64,000 nt of DNA from Octopus bimaculoides (Eukaryota), in contig NC_068984.1 in assembly GCF_001194135.2 (NCBI RefSeq), positions 33,954,435-34,018,434 on the forward strand. Reading direction: 5' to 3'. Both the position numbers and the translations under genes were made by a program. The notes below the pieces were generated by a model. It ran no database searches, was not told the origin of the DNA, and was given only the letters and a program-made list of their open reading frames with translations. Shown one piece after another: positions 13,851 through 24,827 of this stretch; position 1 is the first letter of the stretch; each line of letters begins with the position of its first letter.

Positions 13851-14306
13851 ACAAAAGCAAAATAGATATTGTAATTATACAATTCTAGATTCCAGAAGAG
13901 AGTTAGTCACCTGTATTTAGTGATTCTTATTACAATGTTAAAGTTGTATATTTGCCACCCAATATAACAGTATTGCCACCACAGAGTTGGTGGCAAGAAT
14001 AACAATATTTCAAGTTGAAGACATTCAAAATGTTTGTCCAGGCTCTTGAAAAGCAACAGGAGAAAATGCAATCATTCATACAGATTTTTAGAACTTTATC
14101 AAAGAATGTATTACTAAATATTTAGTTATGTACAGAATGAAGTAATAGCTAGCAACATGAGAGATGTCTGGAAGAATATAATTCTTTGTGTAAATAATTT
14201 TTATGAATTAGCGGTGAAGTTCATAGCAGAAGTCACTTAACTTAGTTAACATATTGCTATGTCTAGAATAAATGACAATAATGTCAAAATGTTTCTTGAC
14301 TTGTAG

Positions 14307-14410
14307 GTGTTAACTTCAATGATCAAAAGCTTCTAAATTTAGACCAGCAATATACATATGATGAGGATGATGGTCAAGATAGAAAAGACGAACCTAAAAC
14401 TGAAAAATAA
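14307..14410 (+). CDS. putative terminal coding exon (x-VNFNDQKLLNLDQQYTYDEDDGQDRKDEPKTEK*), product unknown
   Basis: Acceptor tttcttgacttgtag|G; only one frame is open (33 codons to TAA); acidic protein-like composition; AATAAA at 14678. Confidence 0.4.
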
Positions 14411-14677
14411 GTGAACAAACAAACCAAGTTTGTTTTAGAAACGTTTGAGATGTCTTAGAATGTTAACGAAGTAATTTTTTTTATTCTCAAATGCAGGATA
14501 ATGCTAATAATATAGCATGAACGGGATAAACTACCACTATTTTGCAGAAAAAGAATTTTCAGTTAGGCATTTTAGATCTGTTTTATTGATACTGGACTCT
14601 GAACTAGATGTAAAAAAATAGGAAAAGTGATCAATTGCAGATTTAATATAAAGTGATACTGACTCACATATTTAAGT

Positions 14678-14683
14678 AATAAA
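14678..14683 (+). promoter_or_regulatory. candidate polyadenylation signal
   Basis: AATAAA about 270 nt after the putative stop, followed by GT/T-rich sequence. Confidence 0.3.
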
Positions 14684-15884
14684 AGGATGTGTGATTAGTT
14701 TCATTGTTTATAGCATAACTAATGGTAGTGTTAAATGCTTCAATTGGTGAGAAAATATTCAGTGTTAACTAACATTTGCTCTCACATTGTAACCAAGAGG
14801 AAGAGATCAGTATTTCAGAATTCTGGCTGCTATCATCAGTTTTTATTCTTGTTATCTGGTTCTGAAGAAGCAAGCTTACTATTTAGAAATGTTCATAAAA
14901 TGCCATGGTGTATTCATAGTCTTTTTTTACCTTCATTTTTTCATTTGCAAAGCCTGCTATAAATATTAATCTAAACTTCCTTATATCATAATTTACTGTT
15001 TCAGAAAAAGGAAGGACACATTTTATTATGTAAGCCTAGGTACACCATATGTGCTGAAATGATGAAATTTTAATCACGGATCTGTTATATCAGGCTGACA
15101 AGAAGTTAAACAAATAGCTAATATTTTTTCTTTTACTCATTGTGTTTCAATGTACTTGTACACTCAGTTTAATAAATTCAAATGTATTGCTAAAATAAAT
15201 TCATATTTCAAAATTAAAATATGCATATTTATTCATGCACACTTACATACAGAGGCATCAAAACCAGCACACACACACACACACAGTCATTTAATTATAC
15301 AGACATTTCTATTCTTCTGTATAATCCTTTTTCCATGGAAGCATGATGGAACAATGACATATTTTACCCAATAATTAATTACTCAATGAACCATACAATA
15401 CCTGCTGCGTCTGTTGACAGCTTGGGAAACGAATGCAAACCCAGTTATAAACACCAGTATAATTTCTTCATGCATTTAATTGCTGAAACAGTTTCGTATG
15501 AAATATATACAACAATGGGAAAAGTGGTACGTGATAGATTAAAACAGAAGATATATAAACTGAATTTTTCAGCCATGAGTCCAGCAAATAAATTCTATGA
15601 AAAACTGACAGTGAAAAGAATATATATTTGTGAAAATATAAATATGTAGAGAATGGAATAGACAGTCATTATATCTTTCACAATATTGCATTTACTATAA
15701 CTAATTATGTAAGTGAAATTTACAGTGAGGTGAAAGCTGTTTGGTGCTAAAATCCAAGTTAACAGCATATGATCAGAAAATAGACAGCTATCATCAGATC
15801 TAATAGTTAAAGGTGTGTGTGTGTGTGTGTGTGTGAACACACAGATGAGATATTACCTACAACCCATATCTGAGCAGCCATCCA

Positions 15885-15921
15885 GTCACTCCACTCAGAT
15901 TTATAATCTGAGTGGAGTGAC
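15885..15921. repeat. perfect inverted repeat (17-bp arms, 3-nt loop)
   Basis: GTCACTCCACTCAGATT-TAT-AATCTGAGTGGAGTGAC. Confidence 0.95.
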
Positions 15922-16273
15922 AAGTAATTTTTGTTCCACCAATAACCACAGATATTTCGAATATCTCTTTTAAATACCAAATTAATTTTACTTTCAGGTA
16001 CATTTTACTTATATGTCCTTGTAAGAGCATAGACCCTTAAATATGCTAAAACAGAGATGATTTGTATCTAACAATTAATTCAGGAAAACTATACATCAGC
16101 ATGTCCCACTTTTCATTATATTCATTGACTTTCTAAAGGATTTAAACAATAGAGGAAGACACGGAGGAATTATGAACCTTGCCTAAAAGATATGAATATC
16201 CAAAAAAATCTTTGGGTATAGCCAATTAGTTTCATGATAATATATCTGCGAAATTCTCTTTTGTGTTTGACAG

Positions 16274-16371
16274 TTTGGTCCTATATCTACACAGCTATGG
16301 AGTTAAACAGTGCTTTTTTTCTTGCTTTATTTCTGAGTGCCATTCCTGAAAGAGTAGCAAACAAATCACAG
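16274..16371 (+). CDS. candidate exon (WSYIYTAMELNSAFFLALFLSAIPERVANKSQ)
   Basis: Acceptor ttctcttttgtgtttgacag, donor CAG|gtagag, one open frame, ATG in gctATGg context followed by a hydrophobic stretch. Confidence 0.25.
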
Positions 16372-16574
16372 GTAGAGTGTATATTTGAACAATAGTGGAT
16401 GGCATGTTGTTGCATGTATATTTAGGCTAAGATTATTCGGAAGTATCATAATGTGTGTATTCAGGAACTTCTTTGCACTAATGATTCAGTGACAGTGGCC
16501 TATTCCTAGAAAATTCCAGAGAATGAGACACTATTTTGAATGCACAACATAGACTCCATCAAATGCTGGAGTAG

Positions 16575-17535
16575 GGAGCTAGAATTAGTCGATATCTTCC
16601 ATTACATAGGTGACCAAGTCAGTGGTGGAAGTGGATGGTCTGAGAGCATAGCTGCTAGAAAGAGAATAAGCTGGGCAAATTTCAGAGAGCTCTTACCACT
16701 GTTGGTACCTAAAGGCCTCTTCTTCAGAGTGAAAGGCTTATTGTATTAGGCCTGAGTGCAAACAGCCATGCTACACAACAGTGAAACATGGGCTGTGACA
16801 ACCAAGGACATGCATACGCTTCAAAGAAATGATGCTAGTATGCTTCACTGGATGTGTAATGTCAGTGTGCATGTACGACAGAGTGTAAGCATCTTGAGAG
16901 AAAAGTTGGGCATAAGAAGCATCATATGCTGTGTGCAAGAGAGATGACTGCATTAGTACAGTCATGTGATGCATATGGACGAGGACAGCTGTGTAAAGAA
17001 ATGACAGTTTCTAATTGAGGAAGGAACTTGTGGAAGAGGTAGACCCAGGAAGACATGGGGCAAGATGGAGAAGCATGATCTTTGAATGGAGGCAATGACA
17101 AGTGACCAAAACCTTTAGTGATATACCATGCTTTAGCGATATGCCATGCTTAAGAAGACCTGTGAAACGAAGTGAAATCATTGTCATGGCCAATTCTGGT
17201 GTTGTGTAATTAGCACCCGTGCTGGTGGTACATAAAATGCAACCATCGAACATTGGGCCTCACAAAGGCAATAAGTGACTGAGATCTTTGGTGAGAAGCT
17301 GTGCTGGAAAACACTGATCAAATCATAGTCATGGCCAATGCCAGTACCACGTAACTGACACCCATCCCAGTGGCATGTAAAAAACCTGCATTTCACTCTT
17401 AGAGTGGTTTGTGTTAGGAACGGCATCCAGCCATAGAAACCATGCCAAATCAGACTGGAACCTTGTGCAGCCTTTCAGTTTACCAGTTCCAATCAAACCG
17501 TCTAACCCATGCCAGCATGAAAGCAGACACTATAA

Positions 17536-17585
<50 letters not shown>
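16575..17585 (+). mobile_element. RTE-clade LINE 3' fragment with family C 3' UTR and (ATG)n tail
   Basis: Translates to FHYIGD..IAARKRISWANFRELLPLL..AMLHNSETWA..ERRLH..GRGRPRKTW; contains stops; ends in (GAT)n. Confidence 0.9.
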
Positions 17586-17588
<3 letters not shown>

Positions 17589-18505
17589 TAGACTTTTTGC
17601 CAAAGAATGAATATGAAAAGAGACTGAAGTCTTGTATCTGAATATTCATGGAGTGTTAGAACATGAACTTTTGATCTTCATGCATGCTATCAATTTCTAG
17701 TTGTGAAGAAAATTACACATTTGGACTGTACAATTTCCAACAAAAGTAGCCAAGATACAGAGGTGAATCTATAAATACAGTCAGACATAGTCATTTTCAG
17801 AAAGCTCAATAATTGATTGTGGAAACAACAATGCATAAAACTGTCAACAGAATATGAAGTATATCAAGCGATAGTACAATTTCATGTGTGTACCAAGCTG
17901 TGACATGTGCACTGTTTCATAGGCTTATCAAAAAGTTAATGTGCTTCCAGTTACAACAGCTATGATCTATATGTGGCAAGGCTATGTTTCCAACTGTGAG
18001 GTTCTGTATGTGTACCTAATACTGAGTGTATCCTGCTGGAATTGCAGGGGTGGTGGGTGAGATACCTGTTTTATATGTTGTTCTAGTTTCCCTAAGGACA
18101 AACTCAATGGTAAGTTGAAATGAAGAAACTATTGACAAGAGCATCCAAATATCCATTTATAAAGATATTATCAAACAATATCTTAAAGAGAGAGAGAGGC
18201 TTGATTGCAAGTGCATATGAGAAGACAACAATTGACTGCATACAATATTGGGTGGGTTATAAAGAAAGGGAGTAAATGATACAGAGTCAAAATGAAGGAA
18301 ATGGCTAGATGAAAAGAAAAAAAGTTAATACAATATCTATTACAATAGTCCTACCAGCAATATTCTGCAATCCATGAGAGCAGAGTTATACTAGCATCTC
18401 TGGCCTAGAATCTCAAGAAATAACAAAACATCACTGATGAATTTCCTCCACTACATTTACAAGAAAAAACAAATACCCCCTCTCCTACTTTCAAGTCATA
18501 GATGG

Positions 18506-18590
18506 TTTCATGTGGCTGCCAAGAAGAACCGACACATGCTCACTCATCTTTCATGTGGCTGCCAAGAAGAACAGACACATGCTCACTCAT
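18506..18590. repeat. 42-bp tandem duplication
   Basis: 'tttcatgtggctgccaagaagaac(c/a)gacacatgctcactcat' twice. Confidence 0.9.
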
Positions 18591-19447
18591 GTACACATAA
18601 TGCTCACAAACAAGATACATACACACACATAAGCACTCACACGGGCACACACATGCATATGCAAGTAAACTATTTGCAAAAGCCAATAAGCAAACAACTA
18701 TTTGCTTGTTCAATCTGCTAGTAATAGCAATAAAATATACTTTCAGAGCTGAAAGAGTTATGTAAACCTAAATAGAGTGTGTCAGCAATAAAATGTCTTA
18801 GTCAAGGCTGGTGAACATTTAATCTTAGGTTTGCTGATTCTGAGGGTTGACCGAGGTAAAATGGTATTTATTTTTTAAAGTTTGTATATAATGTTTTTGT
18901 GAAGTTTCTCATATAAACACTTATATGTAAAAGATATACAAAGATAATGTAAATAAAATATACCACTATCACCACAAAACACATAAGCACATCCAAGACC
19001 TGAATGCTATTTAAACTTCACATTAATTGCTTTCTTTAAAACATTCCAGACAAACAAATTTTACATGTTTATGTTTCTATAAAGAACAGTGCCATGCTTG
19101 AATGAACAAAAGTAATAACATTTGGGTGTAAGATACATTGACAAATAGGGTTATTGAATTAGCTACCATCTGAAACATTACTATCAGACATCTAACCAAT
19201 CCATGGTAATAGCAGAAAGGACTCTGGAAATCAGTGAGGATTATTTACCAAAAATTTAGTCATTGAAAAAACATTTTTAATGCAATAAATAATTCTAAAT
19301 AAAATCATTCACAGTAATATGGAAAATAAACATTGCATATATTTTAAATCTCTTTTTCCATTTCTTTTTGAGATACTTTTAAATGTATTCACACATACAT
19401 GCTTCTCCCCCTTTCTCTGTCTCTTATATATATGTACATTATACACA

Positions 19448-19517
<70 letters not shown>

Positions 19518-19768
19518 TAGATAAACAAATGCAGAGAGAGAGAAAGTTGGAGAGACATTATGTACCTATATTTCTTGTTTATGAAAATTGCACTGAATAT
19601 TTTTTAAATATTTTTACCATGATCAATCAATAAATATTCAATCGATATTTATTTCACACAAGTGAGATAAACAGAGTCAACTATCTGACTTTTCCCATCA
19701 AATGTTGCAATCAAATAGTGATCAAATCTATTCACTTCATGAGAGAGAGGGAGAGAGAGAAGGAGAGA

Positions 19769-19945
19769 GAGAGAGAAAAAGGAGAAAGACAGAGAAAGAG
19801 AGAAAAAGGAGAAAGACAGAGAAAGAGAGAAAAAGGAGAAAGACAGAGAAAGAGAGAAAAAGGAGAAAGACAGAGAAAGAGAGAAAAAGAAGAAAGACAG
19901 AGAAAGAGAGAAAAAGGAGAAAGACAGAGAAAGACAGACAAAGAG
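19769..19945. repeat. 27-bp purine-rich minisatellite (about 6-7 units)
   Basis: (GAGAGAAAAAGGAGAAAGACAGAGAAA)n, seen as the TEKERKRRK repeat in ORF 19702. Confidence 0.9.
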
Positions 19946-20559
19946 AGAAAGGCTCACAAAACTATAGTCAGGAATCAAGGAAATATTTGGTTTTTTCAAC
20001 AAATTTAATAATCCAAATGCTCACCATCATCGCTGTCATCGTCATCATCAACATCATTGTCATCATCAGTATCATTAGTGGTGGCAACAGCAGTGGTACT
20101 TTGTCAGCATCATCACAATCATTATCTCTGTACATCTGTTTACCATATAGACATTTCAGAAGAAATATAGTCAATCATGGCTGTCATTATGCGGAGTCAC
20201 AAGTTATAGAATCAAAAGTAGATCACTCTTCTCTACTGACTTCAGCTTTGGCTCTGAGCTGCTGTAATCCAGTTGCCGATATGAGTGTTTAATCTCCTCA
20301 TGTTGCATTTATGTACAGCCTTGTTTCTAATGAGAACTAATGAAAAACTTATAGCAACCTACAGCTCTAATATCCAGGCTATAGATTTTCATTGCTACCT
20401 ATTATTACATTTGCAATGCAATATATAACGATATACTTAATACATCAGAGCAAACTGGTTTGCATTTTCCAAATATAGTCACTTAGAGGTACATTTAAAA
20501 TTTGTAATACATTCCAGGGATTCACTATTTTAGGTTCCTAAGATGAACAAAGGTACACA

Positions 20560-20813
20560 ACATTATTTACATTGGACGGATATGTACCCTCATCTTGTTT
20601 GTTGTTACCACAGCATTTCAGCTAATTTACTTTCCAGCCTTCATCAGGTGTCCTGGTGGAATTTTGAACCCAACCCTGGGTTTTCATTCCTAAGGTATTT
20701 TTCGTAATATTATTATCATTATTTATTTATTCAAGGCACTGCTTGAAATTAAACTCAGAATCTTGGGGTTAGTAGCCAACTCTCTTAACCACTATGCTAT
20801 ATATGCCTGTGGG
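20560..20813 (-). mobile_element. tRNA-head/(AAT)n/hammerhead composite repeat, copy 1
   Basis: Minus strand: gcatagtggttaagag..ctactaaccccaagatt..(AAT)n..gacac-CTGATGA-aggctg..tagct-GAAAT; hammerhead at 20607-20652. Confidence 0.8.
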
Positions 20814-20834
20814 CTCTTAACCACTATGTTATAG

Positions 20835-21141
20835 CCTACAGGCATACAGTGTAGTGGTTAAGAGCACTGGCCACTAACCACAAGATTCCAAGTTCAATTC
20901 CAGGCAGTGCCTTGAATAATAATGATAATAGTAATAATAATAATAATAATAACATTAGCACAAATACCTTAGGAATGAGAATCCAGGGTTGGGTTCAAAA
21001 TTCCACCAGGACACTTGATGAAGGCTGGAGAGTAAATCAGCCAAAACGTTGTGGTAACAACAAACAAGATGAGGACACATATCCGTCCAATGTAAATAAT
21101 GTAAATAATGTACAGAATCCCTCATCTCTAAAATCTAGAAC
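20835..21141 (+). mobile_element. tRNA-head/(AAT)n/hammerhead composite repeat, copy 2
   Basis: gtgtagtggttaagag..gttcaattcc..(AAT)n..gacac-TTGATGA-aggctg..cagcc-AAAACGTT-gtggt; hammerhead at 21010-21055. Confidence 0.8.
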
Positions 21142-21524
21142 AGAAAGGTACACAGCTGCTTATATATATTGAGTTTACAGATGTACTCCAACACAAAGAG
21201 TAATAAAGTGCAAACACACATGTTTACTAAAGTGACATACACACTCACTACACGAGTGCAACTTTATCCACATTTACCACATGGCTGTGTGGTAAGAAAC
21301 TTGCTTTCCAATTTGATTTGGTTGATAGAAACAGAGACAATTCTATCAAATATATGTGTGTGTGTGGGTGTGAGAGAGAGAGAGAAAGAGTGTGGGGGGG
21401 AGGCGTGTGTGTGTGTGTTCATGTGTGCGTGCATGTGCATGTGTGTCCACCATCACTTGACATCTAGTGTTGGTTCTAAAATCTCTCTAAGAGATCAACA
21501 CAGTAGTTGTACTGACAAGTAATA

Positions 21525-21737
21525 CTCATAGCCACTTTAACATGGCTGTTCATTCAAGCAGACTCTACTGCAATTTTTTAACCTCAAGAGGACATCTCCT
21601 CTAGCTGGTTAACAATACACAGTGCAGTACTGAGGAGTGACAGAAATATCCCAAAACCAGGACTGGTCTACTGGTCCTATTGCTAGGAGATGGTAGGGGT
21701 TCACTCCCCTACTCACAATTTTATCGGATGTAGCTGT
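21525..21737 (+). repeat. unclassified dispersed repeat 'D'
   Basis: Its first ~80 bp recur inverted at 22190-22272. Confidence 0.6.
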
Positions 21738-22195
21738 GCATATCACTAAAGGTCTTAGTCACTTGTCATTGCTTCCATTCAAAGATCATGCTTCTCCATC
21801 TCGTCCCATGTCTTCCTGGGTCTACCTCTTCCATAAGTTCCTTCCTCAGTTAGAAACTGTCATTTCTTTACACAGCTGTCCTCGTCCATACGCATTACAT
21901 GACCATACCAATGCAGTCATCTCTCTTGCACACAGCATATGATGCTTCTTATGCCCAACTTTTCTCTCAAGATGCTTACACTCTGTCGTACATGCACACT
22001 GACATTACACATCCAGTGAAGCATACTAGCATCATTTCTGTGAAGCGTATGCATGTCCTTGGTTGTCACAGCCCATGTTTCACTGTTGTGTAGCATGGCT
22101 GTTTGCACTCAGGCCTAATACAATAAGCCTTTCACTCTGAAGAAGAGGCCTTTAGGTACCAACAGAGGTAGGAGCTCTCTGAACTTTGCCCAGCT
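21738..22195 (-). mobile_element. RTE LINE segment, near-identical inverted copy of 16669-17124
   Basis: ORFs 16756 and 21917 differ at one residue; about 16 mismatches over ~456 bp by manual alignment. Confidence 0.9.
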
Positions 22196-22272
22196 AGAGG
22201 AGATGCCCACTGGGGGTTAAAAAATCGCAGTAGAGTCCGCTCAAATGGACAGCCATGTTAAAGTGGTTACGG
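22190..22272 (-). repeat. repeat 'D' 5' segment, inverted
   Basis: Reverse complement 'ccactttaacatggctgtccatt..ctctactgcgattttttaac..catctcctctagctgg' matches 21532-21608. Confidence 0.7.
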
Positions 22273-22574
22273 ATATTATTTAGTCTTTTGGTTTTCTACT
22301 TAATAATTCTTTTGTCTTAAAGTTGAAACATTCTTAACTTGAAAGTCAAAGCATTAAAAAACCTGCATCATTTGATTTTTAGTATAAACCACAACTATGC
22401 GAGTCAAACTTTAGCTAAGCATTTCTCATCTTACATGTAGAACCATAGAGACAGCCACATTTCCATCTACTCTTATAATTCTTAAAGATATCTGTAAGTG
22501 ATAGAAATTCTATCTAACTTAGCCGTGCCATTTGAATTGACCCATTAACTGTATTTGATATAATCTTTTCTATT

Positions 22575-22777
22575 TTAGGTACAAGGTCTTAAATTTTGGG
22601 GAGGGGACTACTTGATTACACCGATGCCAGTGTTTCACTGGTACTTAATTTATTGACCCCGAAAGGATGAAAGGCAAAGTCGACCTCGGTGGAATTTGAA
22701 CTCAGAACATAGTGATGGGTGAAATACCACTAAGCATTTTGCCCGGCATGCTAACGATTCTGCCAGCTCGCTGCCTT
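22575..22777 (-). mobile_element. SINE-B copy
   Basis: 'gaccccgaaaggatgaaaggcaaagtcgacctcggtggaatttgaactcagaac..ctgccagctcgctgcc'. Confidence 0.9.
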
Positions 22778-22889
22778 GGATATAATGGCATACAAAAGCA
22801 CTTGCATGTTTCCAACAATCCTCTGTATCGGTACAAATTCGTTTTATCCTCAAAAAACTGGGAATTTGGATTTGACTTAATTGAACAAC

Positions 22890-23050
22890 TTCAAATAACT
22901 AATCCCCACGTTGGTCTTTCAGCAACATATATTGGCAACAGGAAGGGCATTCAGCCATAGAAAATCTGCCTAAACAAATTTTGTCTGATCAATGCAAGCA
23001 TAGAAATGTGGACATTAAACAATGATGATAGTAATAATGAAGATGATGAT
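22890..23050 (+). mobile_element. family C variant 3' end, decayed
   Basis: 'ggcaacaggaagggcattcagccatagaaa..ggacattaaacaatgatgat'; similar to 48800-48975. Confidence 0.6.
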
Positions 23051-23440
23051 GACATATGTATGAGTTCTCCGATCACAGCATTCCTCTTTGTTGCTGCCTT
23101 TCCTTCACTCCTTATATACCTCTGTCTCTATTTCTCTATTTCTCTTTCTCTCACTGTCTCCATCCCCCTCTCTCTCTATCTCCCTCTCTCTCTCTATCTC
23201 ACTTGGTCAGTCTCACCCAATCACCTCATTTCTCAGTGAAGATTCATTTAGACAAGTAACAGCCATGTTCAACACAGTGGCTCACTGAACTTGGCATATA
23301 ATTACATATTTCAAGGAAGCCACAAGACTGAGAGTGCTAAGTTTAAGCTAATCAATAATTATTATTTCTACTACTTTCATTATTATTATTAAGGGCATCT
23401 CTAACTGCCAGAAATTTTATTTATGCTCTCTGATCACACA

Positions 23441-23560
<120 letters not shown>

Positions 23561-23888
23561 ACCCTCTCTCTGTTGCTGTCCCTTCCTACCTCTCTACTAC
23601 CCAATATGTCAGTCATCCTCTTTCCATCACCCATATGTCTCTCCCATCATTATCATCTCTCTTTTTCCTTCTGTCTCTATCCTTCTATTTCTCACTCCTT
23701 CTGTCTTTCTGTCTCTCTCTCCCCTCTCTCTTTCTATCTTTCATTCTGCAGTTTCTTCTCTGAAAATCCAGTCAGGTGGGATAGCATGTTTAACATGGTG
23801 GTTCATTGAATTTAGCATAATATTGTAGTGGAGGTAGTTCAGAATTTGGGGTTTGGATTAACCAAATTATCTAGGAAAGCAATAACTC

Positions 23889-24140
23889 TTTTCCAGTGGT
23901 GTTCTCTGTCTATTATCTTAACTTCATCCCACAGGGATAGGTGGTGTCCATTTTCCCATACATGATCAGCTATACTCGATTTATCAATATCTCCTGCTGT
24001 CACAGCTTTGCGACGTATGTCTACCCTTAGTTTGAGGGGTGGCATGTTTTGCCTTTGTATAACCTACCACAGCTTCATGGGACAGAGTACACGCAGTCTT
24101 TGGGCATATTCTCTTCTATTGGTGGTTTTACTCGAAGGAG
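23889..24140 (-). mobile_element. Penelope-like element, inverted 5' segment (GIY-YIG fragment)
   Basis: ORF 23839: RKAVTAGDIDKSSIADHVWENGHHLSLWDEVKIIDREHHWK; inverted counterpart of 24163-24413. Confidence 0.85.
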
Positions 24141-24162
24141 ATATTTGCAAAGTGTTGTATTA

Positions 24163-24540
24163 CTCCTTCGAGTAAAACCACCAGTAGAAGAGAATATGAC
24201 TAAAGACTGCGTGTACTCCATCCACGCAGCTGTGGTAGGTTATACAAAGGTGAAACATGCCACCCTCTCAAAATAAAGGTAGACAAACATCACAAACCTG
24301 TGACATGAGAAGATATTGATAAATCGGATATAGCTGATCATGTATGGGAAAATGGAGACCACCTCCCCCTGTGGGATGAAGTTAAAATAATAGACAGAGA
24401 ACAACACTGGAAAATACGAAAACTAAAAAAAGCAGCACATATGTTAGGATACAACCACTTCCTAAGCAGGCCAAGTCCAGATATGAATAGCATATGGGAA
24501 CTGGTATTAAGGAAGGATAGAAAAATATTAGATTTATAAG
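24163..24540 (+). mobile_element. Penelope-like element GIY-YIG endonuclease C-terminal fragment
   Basis: CVYSI..SCGRLYKGETC..DIADHVWENG..VKIIDREQHWKIRKLKKAAHM, a GIY-YIG pattern with a frameshift and a stop. Confidence 0.85.
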
Positions 24541-24562
24541 CATTAAAATTCACTCCATAATT

Positions 24563-24827
24563 GCCTACAGGCATATGGCATAGTGGTTAAGAATACGGGC
24601 TACTTACCCCAAGATTCCGAGTTCACTTCCAAGCAGTGACCTAAACAATAATAATAATAATAATAACATTGGAACGAGAACCCAAGTTCGAAATTTCCCC
24701 AAGACACCTGAGGAAGGCTGGAGGGTATATCAGCCGAAACATTGTGTTAACAACAAACAAGATGAGGACAAATATCCGTCAAATATAAATAATGTACATA
24801 ATTCCTCATCTCTTAAATATAGAACTG
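24563..24827 (+). mobile_element. tRNA-head/(AAT)n/hammerhead composite repeat, copy 3 (putative pLTR of the adjacent PLE)
   Basis: Begins about 25 nt after the GIY-YIG ORF ends; gacac-CTGAGGA-aggctg..cagcc-GAAACATT-gtgtt at 24703-24748. Confidence 0.8.

Noticed and set aside
13911-14044. Minus-strand exon candidate with good splice sites
   Set aside because: The peptide is implausible (W/Y/I-rich) and it overlaps a TTGCCACC..GGTGGCAA repeat-like structure.
15386-15649. 87-aa + strand ORF
   Set aside because: No recognisable domain, and the length is within chance expectation.
19702-20292. 196-aa ORF with TEKERKRRK repeats
   Set aside because: Translation of the 27-bp minisatellite plus degenerate (CAT)n; no splice or codon support.
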